DNA from: Planctomycetota bacterium
GTDB taxonomy: Bacteria > Planctomycetota > Phycisphaerae > UBA1845
DNA: 64,000 bases
Reading direction: 5' to 3'
NCBI GenBank assembly: GCA_038043045.1
Contig: JBBTCX010000101.1
Location: 373-64,372, forward strand
In this document: one piece after another, positions 19,544 to 28,116 of the stretch
How the letters are laid out: every line of letters begins with the position of its first letter
How positions within the stretch are numbered: the stretch's first letter is position 1
The notes under the pieces: generated by a model
What the model was told of the DNA's origin: nothing
The model's database searches: none
What the model saw: the letters and a program-made list of their open reading frames with translations, nothing else
Made by a program: the position numbers and the translations under genes

Positions 19544-20329
19544 GTGGGTGTCATTACTTTAACGACGGATTTTGGGTTGCGGGATTGGTACGTGGGGGCC
19601 ATGAAGGGGGCGATATTGGGAGTTGCGCCCAAGGCGATGGTGGTGGATATCACGCATGAGATCGGCCCGTATGACGTGGTGCATGGGGCGTTTGTGTTGC
19701 GTCAGGTGGTGGCATCGTTTCCAGTGGGGACGATTCACGTGGTGGTGGTTGATCCGGGGGTGGGGTCGAGTCGGCGGATCTTGTTGGGGCAATATGCGGG
19801 GCAGTATGTGATTGCGCCGGACAATGGATTGCTGACGTTTTTGCATCGGGATGTGGCTGTTGCGGAAATGGTTGTGGTAGAGAATCGGCGATATTTTTCT
19901 GAGATGGCGTCGACGACGTTTCATGGTCGGGATGTGATGGGGCCTGTGGCGGGGCATTTGCACAATGGGGTGCGGGCGAAAGAGTTTGGTCGGTTGACGG
20001 ATCGGATGGAGATGTTGGCGGTATTGCATCGGGCGGAGGTGGTGGGAGGAGAGATTCGTGGTGAGGTGTTGTACGTGGATCGGTTTGGGACGTTGGTGAC
20101 GAATATCGGTCTGGAGCAGTTGGCTGCGCCGCGGGTGGTTGAGCGAGAGGCGAAGGTGTTTGTCGGAGATGTCGCGGTGGGAGGGATTCGAGCGGCGTAT
20201 CATGAAGCGGCGATTGGTGAGCCGATTGCGTTGGTGGGGAGTGCGGGATATTTGGAGATCGCGGTGAATCAGGGACGGGCGGTGGACCGATTCGAAGGAA
20301 AGCCCACCATTCGGGTATCTTTTGCGTAA
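19544..20329 (+). CDS. SAM hydroxide adenosyltransferase / SAM hydrolase (DUF62, chlorinase-fluorinase family)
   Basis: The N-terminus is ITLTTDFGLRDWYVGAMKGAIL...VDITHEI. It also has VVDPGVGS and APDNGLL. GTG start. Confidence 0.8.
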   Translation: MGVITLTTDFGLRDWYVGAMKGAILGVAPKAMVVDITHEIGPYDVVHGAFVLRQVVASFPVGTIHVVVVDPGVGSSRRILLGQYAGQYVIAPDNGLLTFLHRDVAVAEMVVVENRRYFSEMASTTFHGRDVMGPVAGHLHNGVRAKEFGRLTDRMEMLAVLHRAEVVGGEIRGEVLYVDRFGTLVTNIGLEQLAAPRVVEREAKVFVGDVAVGGIRAAYHEAAIGEPIALVGSAGYLEIAVNQGRAVDRFEGKPTIRVSFA

Positions 20330-20504
20330 CTTTGAAAGCGGATTCGCCGTGCGACAAGCGAAGTCGGTGGGTCACGCGCCCGGTAATGTTTTTTATGAAA
20401 TCGCTGCTCGTTTCTACAGTGTGCACGGAAAGTCGTCGATAGGTTTTTCAGAAGCGGTCAGGGTGAATGTAGACACCAAGACACAAGCCATGGGCGCCAA
20501 TGGC

Positions 20505-20533
20505 TTGAACGTATAGACCGCGGTCGAATAATC
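20505..20533 (+). promoter_or_regulatory. sigma-70-like promoter candidate (TTGAAC-N17-ATAATC)
   Basis: The -35 is TTGAAC at 20505..20510, followed by a 17-nt spacer and the -10 ATAATC at 20528..20533. It lies 35 nt upstream of the 20568 start. Confidence 0.3.
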
Positions 20534-20567
20534 AGTGCTTCCTAACACACAGAAGGAGAGATTCCCA

Positions 20568-20855
20568 ATGACGACTGCTACACAGTGCAGAACGAGCTTT
20601 GAGAGTGCGAACAGCGCGACGATTGGCACGCGAATTCCGTTCGAAGGTATCCAGGATCCGGGTTGCTACATTTGCAACTGGAGCGGTCACCTTCTCCGCG
20701 TTCCCGAAGATGGCGTGGCTCCGGGCCGTTCGCCGTTGCTGACCATCGTTGGTCAGGATCCGTTGTTCGTGACGAAGATCAGCGACAATCCGTACATGAC
20801 GCTGACCAAGGCGAAGGTTGTCGCCAGCAATTACGACCTGAACGTGAACTTCTAA
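20568..20855 (+). CDS. small soluble protein, 95 aa (hypothetical)
   Basis: ORF 20535..20855, with an ATG at 20568 behind an AAGGAGAG RBS. The gene is bracketed by a promoter-like element and a strong terminator. No recognisable domain. Confidence 0.55.
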   Translation: MTTATQCRTSFESANSATIGTRIPFEGIQDPGCYICNWSGHLLRVPEDGVAPGRSPLLTIVGQDPLFVTKISDNPYMTLTKAKVVASNYDLNVNF

Positions 20856-20889
20856 TTCACGCTTAGGAAGTCTCGCGAATCGACTGCAG

Positions 20890-20927
20890 GCGGCGGAGCG
20901 CAACATGTGCTCTGCCGCTTGTGTTTT
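20890..20927 (+). terminator. rho-independent terminator
   Basis: 10-bp stem GCGGCGGAGC / GCTCTGCCGC with one G-U pair and a 9-nt loop, followed by TTGTGTTTT. Confidence 0.6.
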
Positions 20928-21278
20928 AATGGGGGGAACCTTGGTTTCGTGGGATTCGAGGAGAATATTTTTGCGTGTCGGGTTTCGGCGCGGCGTGCGT
21001 TTCAATGCTGGTGGATGAGAAGTGGATCGAGACCGAGGGGTGGAGAGAGAGTGCGAATGGAGAGGGAAAGCGGAATGGTAGTGCTGAAAATGATGTCGCC
21101 CGTCGCACGACGTGGCCCCGTGAAGCGCACCGCGCAAGGGTTGCGTATTTTCAGGTGACAGTGAAGACATTCCTGCTCAACTGCCGACATTCACCCATAC
21201 CGCAAGCGGAGCGAGCGGTTGGTCAAAGGACGGCTCAGGATGGGCAAAGGCATTCAACCTTTCACGCGCAAGGAGCGC

Positions 21279-23921
21279 ATGTCCGGCAAATGGCAGGTGC
21301 CGGTTTTTGCGCTTTCGGTGATCGTGCTCGCGGCGGCGTTGGTGGACGCGCGGCGAAGAATCCCATCAGATCGCGCGGAACAGTCAGAAAACCAAGTTCG
21401 CGAACTTGAGAGCTTGGTATCCGGCGGACAATTTGGTCGGGCCATTGATCTTGCGGAACGACTTGTTCTGGTTGCGTCGACCGAGAAGAAAGCCATTCCC
21501 GGCGCGGTTTACCTTTCTTTAGCGCGAGCCCTTTTTGGACGTTGTGAGTCTGTTGGAAAACGGACAGAGGCGTTCGGTCGAGAAATCGTGGAGACGTTTG
21601 AACGGGCGCGTGTCGGTGGTTGCACACTCACTTCCGAAGATATGGCTCACATCGGTCGGGCCTATGAATGGCAAAATCGTTGGGCGGATGCGGTTTCCCG
21701 ATTGGGGGAGGCATTGCAACAGGGACATCCGAATTGCGAGGAACTTTCCCGTCACCAATTTGAGCTGCAAAAACGACATCTTGGGGGGTCAACCCAGGAG
21801 CTTCACGAGGTTCTGGACCGGTTGTTGGGTGCCTGTGGAGAAGAGGCGCATGGGCAACGACTCTGGGTACTGGAAAAAAAAGTCGCCCTTTATCAAGAGG
21901 CGGGTGAACTCGGGCTAGCGCAGAATATTCTTTTGGAGCAGGCGTCATTTTTTTCCCCAACGGTGGTGGTCGACGAGTTCGAAGTCGTTCGGGCGACTGT
22001 GTTGTTGGGGTTGGAGCAGTTTGAGGAGGCGGAGCAAATCCTCCGTGGGGTTCGCAATCGAATTGATCCCGAAAAAGAGCTTCATGCGAAGACCGGTTGG
22101 CTTCTGGGGCGGGTGTTGATTTCGCAAGGGGGGTCGCAACGAGCGGAAGAGGCCATGTCGTTTTTCCGCGATGTGCTGACCGTTCATCCGATTGGGGCGT
22201 ATGCAGTGGCAAGTCTATTCGGTCGTGGCGACGCGCTGGCGGCGTTGGATCGTCATTCGGAAGCGATCGAGACTTATACAAACGCCGTTCATGAGCTTGA
22301 AGCGGAAGATGAGTATTCGGCGGAGTCGTCGGTGGTCGATCGGTCCCTGATTTGGACGACCCTTGGAGCGCATGCGGAATCTCGACGGGCGGTCGGCCAG
22401 CTCAAAGAAGCGGTTTCTTATGCTCAGTTGGCCGCCACACTTTCGGGTCCGCAACACGAGTCCGCGCATTCGGCGCTGGTGAGGCAGGTTGCGCAGCTGC
22501 AATGGCAGTTGGCCGAAGAACTGCAACGGAAACTCCTAGTATCCAGCGGTGCCGGATCGCTCATGGTCGGTCCGTCTCTTGAAGAAATTCGAACGTTGTA
22601 CACTTCGGCGGCGTCGCATTTCCTTCAGGCGGCGGAGTCGGAGGAAGGGCTGGAAGAGGGGTCGTCCGACCCAAACTGGAAGGCCGCCAAACTATCGGCC
22701 AAGGCCGCGAAAATTTCTGAATCTCAGGGCACGGAAAGCGCCGCGGCTATTTTGTCTGAAGTGACCCAAGCTCAAGTTCGACTTGCGGAGCGGTTGCAAG
22801 GGCAACTGGTTGGTTCAGCAAAGTCAACTCACGATGGGGGCGCGCCATCCAAGAGTGAAGTTGCATCCCTTTTTTCCGAAGCGGCGGAAACGCAGTTGCG
22901 GCTTTCTCGCATCGCCGGTTTAGAAGAGCAACGAACTGCGGACGCGGCGTGGCGTGCGGCGGAACTCTTCGCCAAAGCCGGACAACCGGATCGGGCGGTC
23001 GATCTTTTTCGAGAGTTTGCCGTGGAGCGACCGTCGGACTCGCGGGTTCCCAAGTCCTATTTTACGGTGGGTGATCTTCGTCGCAGTTCGGGTCGGTTGC
23101 GCGAGGCGATTGAGGCTTATCAGGATTGCTATCGTCGGTTTCCCAAGACTCTGGAAGGGGCGAGAGCGTTGGTTCCGTTGGCGGAGACATATCTTGCCCT
23201 TGGTCACGATCAAATGGATTTGGCCGAGTCGACGTTAAGGCTGGTCGTGGAGGATTCGGACATTTTTACGCCGCAGGCGCCGGAGTTTGTTACGGCGCTT
23301 TATCGGTTGGGGCAAGTTCGACATCGGCGGGGAGCGTTTGAGCGAGCGATCGAGGTTTTCGAGGAAGCGCTCGCACGAGCGCCGGAACATGCGGAGGCGG
23401 GACGGTCATCGTATTTGCTGGCGGATTGTTATCGGCAGAGCGGGCGGATTCTGCGGAAGGATGCTGAGGACGGTTCTTCTCTCGAAGATTTGCAACGAAT
23501 TCGTGAGGAATCAAACCAGCGATTGCGCCGGGCACAAGACTTATTCCATCGGTGGATTGAAGGTCACGAAGTCGCGGGTGGATCGAATCGCGGGCGAGAA
23601 GAGGACACGTTGCTTCGGCTGGCTCGATTGTACGAGGCCGATTGCTTGTTTGAGTTGCGGGATTTTCGTGCGGCCTTGAACCGGTATGAGTCGATCATTC
23701 GCGCGTATGGCAAGGCGCCGGCGGCGTTGGCGGCAGCGGTGCAGGTGATTCACTGTCGCGTGTTTCTCGGGGAGGCGGACGAAGCAAGGACTGTGTGGAA
23801 TCAGGCGGTGGCGTTGCTGGACTCGATGCCCGCCGTGGCCTTTGAGGCGGGCGTGAGCCCGCGGAGCCGTTCGGAATGGCAAGAGTACCTGAAGTGGTTG
23901 GGCGAATCGGAGATGTTTTAG
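21279..23921 (+). CDS. membrane-anchored TPR-repeat protein (~880 aa)
   Basis: ORF 21219..23921, with an ATG at 21279 behind an AAGGAG RBS. It has an N-terminal TM helix VPVFALSVIVLAAALV. The sequence is long and helical-repeat-rich in A/L/E/R, with TPR-like A..Y..A/L.P units. Confidence 0.65.
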   Translation: MSGKWQVPVFALSVIVLAAALVDARRRIPSDRAEQSENQVRELESLVSGGQFGRAIDLAERLVLVASTEKKAIPGAVYLSLARALFGRCESVGKRTEAFGREIVETFERARVGGCTLTSEDMAHIGRAYEWQNRWADAVSRLGEALQQGHPNCEELSRHQFELQKRHLGGSTQELHEVLDRLLGACGEEAHGQRLWVLEKKVALYQEAGELGLAQNILLEQASFFSPTVVVDEFEVVRATVLLGLEQFEEAEQILRGVRNRIDPEKELHAKTGWLLGRVLISQGGSQRAEEAMSFFRDVLTVHPIGAYAVASLFGRGDALAALDRHSEAIETYTNAVHELEAEDEYSAESSVVDRSLIWTTLGAHAESRRAVGQLKEAVSYAQLAATLSGPQHESAHSALVRQVAQLQWQLAEELQRKLLVSSGAGSLMVGPSLEEIRTLYTSAASHFLQAAESEEGLEEGSSDPNWKAAKLSAKAAKISESQGTESAAAILSEVTQAQVRLAERLQGQLVGSAKSTHDGGAPSKSEVASLFSEAAETQLRLSRIAGLEEQRTADAAWRAAELFAKAGQPDRAVDLFREFAVERPSDSRVPKSYFTVGDLRRSSGRLREAIEAYQDCYRRFPKTLEGARALVPLAETYLALGHDQMDLAESTLRLVVEDSDIFTPQAPEFVTALYRLGQVRHRRGAFERAIEVFEEALARAPEHAEAGRSSYLLADCYRQSGRILRKDAEDGSSLEDLQRIREESNQRLRRAQDLFHRWIEGHEVAGGSNRGREEDTLLRLARLYEADCLFELRDFRAALNRYESIIRAYGKAPAALAAAVQVIHCRVFLGEADEARTVWNQAVALLDSMPAVAFEAGVSPRSRSEWQEYLKWLGESEMF

Positions 23922-23930
23922 GGGTCTGCT

Positions 23931-24422
23931 ATGAGTAATTCCTCCGCTGTTTTGATGGAGAATAGTGCCACATCGCGTCACGATGAAGCGATGTCGTTGT
24001 TGCGGGAGCAAGATTCCTTATATGCCCGGTTGGAGGGATTGGCCACACGGCAGCGGTTGTTGGTGCATCGGGCGGAGACCCATCCACTTCTTCAAGTTTT
24101 GGCGGAACGTCAACGATTATCGGCGGAGCTGATGCAGATCACGTCGAGGTTGGAACCGGTTCGAAGTCGATGGTCGAGTTTCCGAGAAGGCTTTCGATTG
24201 GATCAGCGTGAAGAGGCCGATCAACTGCTTTCGAAGACGGGAGAGCGGTTGCGGCGTGTTCTTGAAGGCGATGAGCAAGATGCGAGGCTTCTGATGATTC
24301 GTCGAAAGGCGGTCGCGCAGGAGCTTCACGCGAGTCATACCTCGGGCGAGGCGCTGAGGGCGTATCAGTCGCCGGTGGAGCCGTCGGCGCGCCTCGACGG
24401 TTGGGATGAGGAGCGAGCATGA
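23931..24422 (+). CDS. FlgN-like flagellar chaperone candidate
   Basis: 163 aa, all-helical and coiled-coil-like, with an FlgN-type layout (LLREQDSLYARLEGLATRQRLLV...). It sits at the head of the flagellar cluster. The assignment is by pattern only. Confidence 0.4.
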   Translation: MSNSSAVLMENSATSRHDEAMSLLREQDSLYARLEGLATRQRLLVHRAETHPLLQVLAERQRLSAELMQITSRLEPVRSRWSSFREGFRLDQREEADQLLSKTGERLRRVLEGDEQDARLLMIRRKAVAQELHASHTSGEALRAYQSPVEPSARLDGWDEERA

Positions 24423-25294
24423 TGGCGACACTCACGGCTTTATTGGATCCCGGCGAATTCACGTCGGTCCTGCAGAATTACAACGACGTGACCGAGCGAT
24501 TGATGCGCTCGCATGAGTTGCTGAGTCACGAAGTGTGTCGATTGCGAGAGGAGTTGCAGGAGAAAAATAAGGAATTGCAGCGGCAGGAGCGATTGGCGGC
24601 ATTGGGGGAAATGGCCGCGGGGGTTGCCCATGAGATTCGTAATCCGCTGGGGGGAATTGGGCTTTATGGTTCGCTGTTGGAACGGGACTTAGGGGATCGA
24701 CCGGTGCAGCTTGACTTGGTGCGTCGGATGCAGCGCGGGGTGCGGACGTTGGAGAGTGTGGTGGGAGATATTCTGGCGTTTGCGGGAGAGAGTGAACCGC
24801 ATTTGGAGCGAGTGCTGCTCTCTGACATTCTGGATGGGGCGGTGAGTCAGGCGGAGTCGCGAGCCGTGGGGAGCGGAGTCGTGCTGGATGTGGCGGAGAG
24901 TCTCCGCGTGTTTTCGCTTTTCTGCGATCCCTGGCAAATCGAACGGGCGATTTTGAACCTGCTCTTGAATGCAATTGATGCCTCGAATGGTGGGGGGCAT
25001 GTTTGGATTCGGGATGAAGGGCGAGAGTTTCACCAAGGGGCCCTTGTTCATGGGATTGCCGTGGAGGACGAAGGGTCCGGGATTGATCCGACACTCTTAG
25101 ATCGCGTATTCAATCCGTTCTTCACGACGAAACACACCGGAACAGGACTGGGGTTGGCGATCGTGCATCGGATCGCCGCTTCGCACGGAGGAAGCGCGCG
25201 GGCCGAGAATCGAGCGGGCGGCGGGGCAAAGTTTACACTCTTGCTTCCGATTGCAGGCAGGGATGAAAAAACGATCCAAGGAGGTGACAGGTAG
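24419..25294 (+). CDS. cytoplasmic sensor histidine kinase (FlrB/FleS-like position)
   Basis: The H-box is LGEMAAGVAHEIRNPLGGI. HATPase N/G boxes are LLLNAIDA, DEGSGID and GTGLGLAIV. There is no TM segment. It has an ATGA overlap with the upstream gene. Confidence 0.85.
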   Translation: MMATLTALLDPGEFTSVLQNYNDVTERLMRSHELLSHEVCRLREELQEKNKELQRQERLAALGEMAAGVAHEIRNPLGGIGLYGSLLERDLGDRPVQLDLVRRMQRGVRTLESVVGDILAFAGESEPHLERVLLSDILDGAVSQAESRAVGSGVVLDVAESLRVFSLFCDPWQIERAILNLLLNAIDASNGGGHVWIRDEGREFHQGALVHGIAVEDEGSGIDPTLLDRVFNPFFTTKHTGTGLGLAIVHRIAASHGGSARAENRAGGGAKFTLLLPIAGRDEKTIQGGDR

Positions 25295-26701
25295 ATGGCA
25301 CAGATATGCGTGATCGAGGACAAGGAATTGATGCGAGAATCTCTTTCGACGGCGTTGACCCGTGAAGATCACGCGGTCACGGCATTTTCGGATCCGTTGG
25401 AAGCGCTGCCGGAGATTCGCAAATGTCGTTTCGACCTGGTGCTGACGGATCTCAAGATGCCGCGGATGGACGGATTAACGCTGATTCGAGAAGTGCGCAG
25501 CGCCGGCGTGGAAGTGCCGGTGATCGTGATGACCGCGTATGCGACGGTGTCGACAGCGGTGGAGGCGATGAAACTGGGAGCTTTCGATTATTTGCAGAAA
25601 CCGTTTGAGGCCGACGCGGTCGTCGTGGTGGCGGAACGGGCGATCGAATATGCGAGGCTGCGTCGAGAGAACGAAGCGCTGAGAGCCTCGGTGGATGATC
25701 TACATCATCGACGCGAATTGGTCGGAACGGGCGAGAGCATGCGCGCGTTGCGCGAGACCCTTCAGCGGGTGGCGGCGAGTCACGCGACAGTGCTGATAAC
25801 GGGCGAGTCGGGTACGGGAAAGGAGCTTGTGGCTGCGGCGATTCATCGCGGTTCTCCGCGAGCGGACCGGCCGATGTTGTGTCTCAATTGCGCGGCTCTT
25901 TCAGCGAATTTGTTGGAAAGTGAGCTGTTTGGACATGAACGCGGAGCATTCACCGGTGCGGATCGCACGCGGAAGGGGCGTTTCGAACTTGCCGACGGTG
26001 GAACGCTGTTGCTGGACGAAATTTCCGAAATGGCCCTTCCTTTGCAAGCGAAACTGTTGCGTGTTTTGCAGGAAGGCGAGTTTGAACGAGTCGGCAGCAG
26101 TACGACGCGACGGTCCGATGTTCGCGTGATGGCGACGACGAATCGAAACCTCGAGGACTGGGTTGCGCGGAAGCGATTTCGCTCGGACTTGTTTTATCGA
26201 CTCAATGTTTTGCCCGTGAACGTTCCGAAGCTTGCGGATCGGACGGAGGATATCCCGGAGCTTGTGGAACACTTTTTGCGTCAGGCAGCCGTCGAAGGTG
26301 GAACTGCCGTTTTGAGAGTCGCGCCGGATGCAATGCGGTTATTGTCGGCATATCCGTGGCCTGGGAATGTCCGAGAATTGGAAAACCTCTGTCGGCGGGC
26401 GGTGACGTTGTGTTCGCATGACACGGTGACGGCGGAGTTTATTGAACCGTGGTTGCGCCGGGCGCCGGCGGCTGGAGATCCGATGGCGGGGCTTCGGGAG
26501 GGGCATTTGCTTGAAGACATAGAGCGTCGAATGATCGAACAGACGTTGCAGCGGTTTAACGGTCATCGAGTGAAATCGGCGCGGACGTTGGGGATGGGCG
26601 TGCGGACGTTGGGTCTGAAGCTCAAGCAATGGCGCGAGGAATCTTCCGGAGCGGAAAGTTTTCAGGAATCGGAGTTAGCCGTGGGCGTTGGGAGCACGTG
26701 A
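25295..26701 (+). CDS. sigma-54-dependent response regulator (NtrC family; FlrC/FleR-like position)
   Basis: The receiver is DLVLTDLKMPRMDG. The AAA+ Walker A is GESGTGKE. The GAFTGA motif ERGAFTGA is present. The C-terminal Fis-type HTH is SARTLGMGVRTLGLKLKQW. Confidence 0.9.
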   Translation: MAQICVIEDKELMRESLSTALTREDHAVTAFSDPLEALPEIRKCRFDLVLTDLKMPRMDGLTLIREVRSAGVEVPVIVMTAYATVSTAVEAMKLGAFDYLQKPFEADAVVVVAERAIEYARLRRENEALRASVDDLHHRRELVGTGESMRALRETLQRVAASHATVLITGESGTGKELVAAAIHRGSPRADRPMLCLNCAALSANLLESELFGHERGAFTGADRTRKGRFELADGGTLLLDEISEMALPLQAKLLRVLQEGEFERVGSSTTRRSDVRVMATTNRNLEDWVARKRFRSDLFYRLNVLPVNVPKLADRTEDIPELVEHFLRQAAVEGGTAVLRVAPDAMRLLSAYPWPGNVRELENLCRRAVTLCSHDTVTAEFIEPWLRRAPAAGDPMAGLREGHLLEDIERRMIEQTLQRFNGHRVKSARTLGMGVRTLGLKLKQWREESSGAESFQESELAVGVGST

Positions 26702-26805
26702 TGGAAGTGGATCAACCGCGCAGAAGGTGCGCGGCGGCGCAGATTTGAGCGGAGTCGATTGGACGAGGAAGCGGTTCCGAGTGTTGAATCGGGGTTTGCA
26801 ACGGG

Positions 26806-26821
26806 TGGCACAAGTCATGCC
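26806..26821 (+). promoter_or_regulatory. sigma-54 (-24/-12) promoter candidate upstream of flgB
   Basis: TGGCAC-aagtc-aTGCc. The GG and GC are separated by exactly 10 nt, as in the consensus TGGCAC-N5-TTGC. It ends ~57 nt upstream of the flgB ATG (26878) and lies directly downstream of the sigma-54 activator gene. Confidence 0.55.
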
Positions 26822-26877
26822 GAGGAGCTTCGAAGCGGCGACGCCCAATCGCGTCGTTCGTTGATGCGGAGGGAGTA

Positions 26878-27309
26878 ATGTTTTTTTCATCGCTTACGGA
26901 ACGAGGAGCCACGCCGGCGCTGACCCAAACAATGGCCTTTAACGAGGCGCGATTGAAAGTCATCGCCGAGAACATCGCCAATGCCTCGACTCCGAACTAC
27001 CGGGCAAAGCAATTGGACGTGAAGGGATTTCAGCGGGCGCTGAGTCGAGCTCTTGAGGATCGAGAGGCGGGTGAGCCTTTGATGATTTCCAATGGACAAG
27101 AGGTCTTGACCGATGATTTTGGTCATTTGCAGGTGAATCCCCGGTTGAGGCCGGCGGATAATGTGTTGTTTCATGACGGAACGAATTTGTCGATCGAGCG
27201 AGAGATGGCTGATCTTGCGGAGACGGGTTTGGCCCACGACGTCGCGGGAGCGTTTCTTCGGCGGTCGTTTGATGGATTGCGGAAAGCGATTCGCGGAACC
27301 GTGTCCTAG
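26878..27309 (+). CDS. flgB: flagellar basal-body rod protein FlgB
   Basis: AFNEARLKVIAENIANASTPNYRAK. Confidence 0.9.
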   Translation: MFFSSLTERGATPALTQTMAFNEARLKVIAENIANASTPNYRAKQLDVKGFQRALSRALEDREAGEPLMISNGQEVLTDDFGHLQVNPRLRPADNVLFHDGTNLSIEREMADLAETGLAHDVAGAFLRRSFDGLRKAIRGTVS

Positions 27310-27327
27310 CGTTAGAGAGGGATCGGG

Positions 27328-27747
27328 TTGTACGGGATTCTAGACATCAGTACGTCCGGGCTTGTTGCACAGCGCACGGCATTGGATGTGATGGCGGGGA
27401 ACGTGGCCATGAAGGACGTCACCCGCGATGAGCAGGGTCAACCGGTGCCGTATCGTCGTCGTGTGCCGTTGTTTGGCGCAGGGAATCCGGCGGTCGGCGA
27501 TGGGGCGGTGGGCGTGCATGTGGCGAAGGTTGTCGAGGATCCGTCGCCATTTGGTTTGCGATGGGACCCCGGTCATCCCGATGCCATGACCGAGGGTCAT
27601 GAAGCCGGATACGTGCGAACGTCGAATGTGGATGTTCACACGGAAATGGTCAACGCGATGGTGGCGATGCGAGCGTATGAAGCCAACGTTTCGGTGGTGG
27701 AAATGACCAAAGCAATGGCGGCTACTTCGTTGCGACTGATGGCTTGA
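27328..27747 (+). CDS. flgC: flagellar basal-body rod protein FlgC
   Basis: ISTSGLVAQRTALDVMAGNVA...EMVNAMVAMRAYEANVSVV. TTG start. Confidence 0.9.
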   Translation: MYGILDISTSGLVAQRTALDVMAGNVAMKDVTRDEQGQPVPYRRRVPLFGAGNPAVGDGAVGVHVAKVVEDPSPFGLRWDPGHPDAMTEGHEAGYVRTSNVDVHTEMVNAMVAMRAYEANVSVVEMTKAMAATSLRLMA

Positions 27748-27769
27748 TGCGAGGGACGGGGAATAGCGC

Positions 27770-28078
27770 ATGACCGGTTCGATGGAGTTTCTACCGATCC
27801 AAGGCATCCGTGGGGCTGGTGAATTCCCGGCGACGCCGCCAGTGCCGGCGATCGAGGGCAAGGACTTTCGAACGGTCTTACTGGACAGTCTCAACGAAGT
27901 GAACCGTCTTCAAGCAGAGGCTGATCAAGGCGTTCAACGATTGATGACGGGTGAGACGGACAACGTCGCGGAAGTTTTTGCCGCGGCGAACAAGGCGGGA
28001 ATTGCGTTTGATCTGCTGATGGAGATTCGAAACAAGCTGACCGATGCCTATCGGGAAATTCAGCAGATGCGGATCTAG
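27770..28078 (+). CDS. fliE: flagellar hook-basal body complex protein FliE
   Basis: The C-terminus is AANKAGIAFDLLMEIRNKLTDAYREIQQMRI. Confidence 0.88.
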   Translation: MTGSMEFLPIQGIRGAGEFPATPPVPAIEGKDFRTVLLDSLNEVNRLQAEADQGVQRLMTGETDNVAEVFAAANKAGIAFDLLMEIRNKLTDAYREIQQMRI

Positions 28079-28116
28079 CCGATTGATGGTGGATGCACCG
28101 AGCGAGAAGTTGAGTC

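Noticed and set aside
21108-21125. TGGCCCcgtgaaGCg, a possible sigma-54 element upstream of the TPR gene.
   Set aside because: The GG to GC spacing is 9 rather than 10, and the -12 region lacks TTGC. It is weaker than the flgB candidate.
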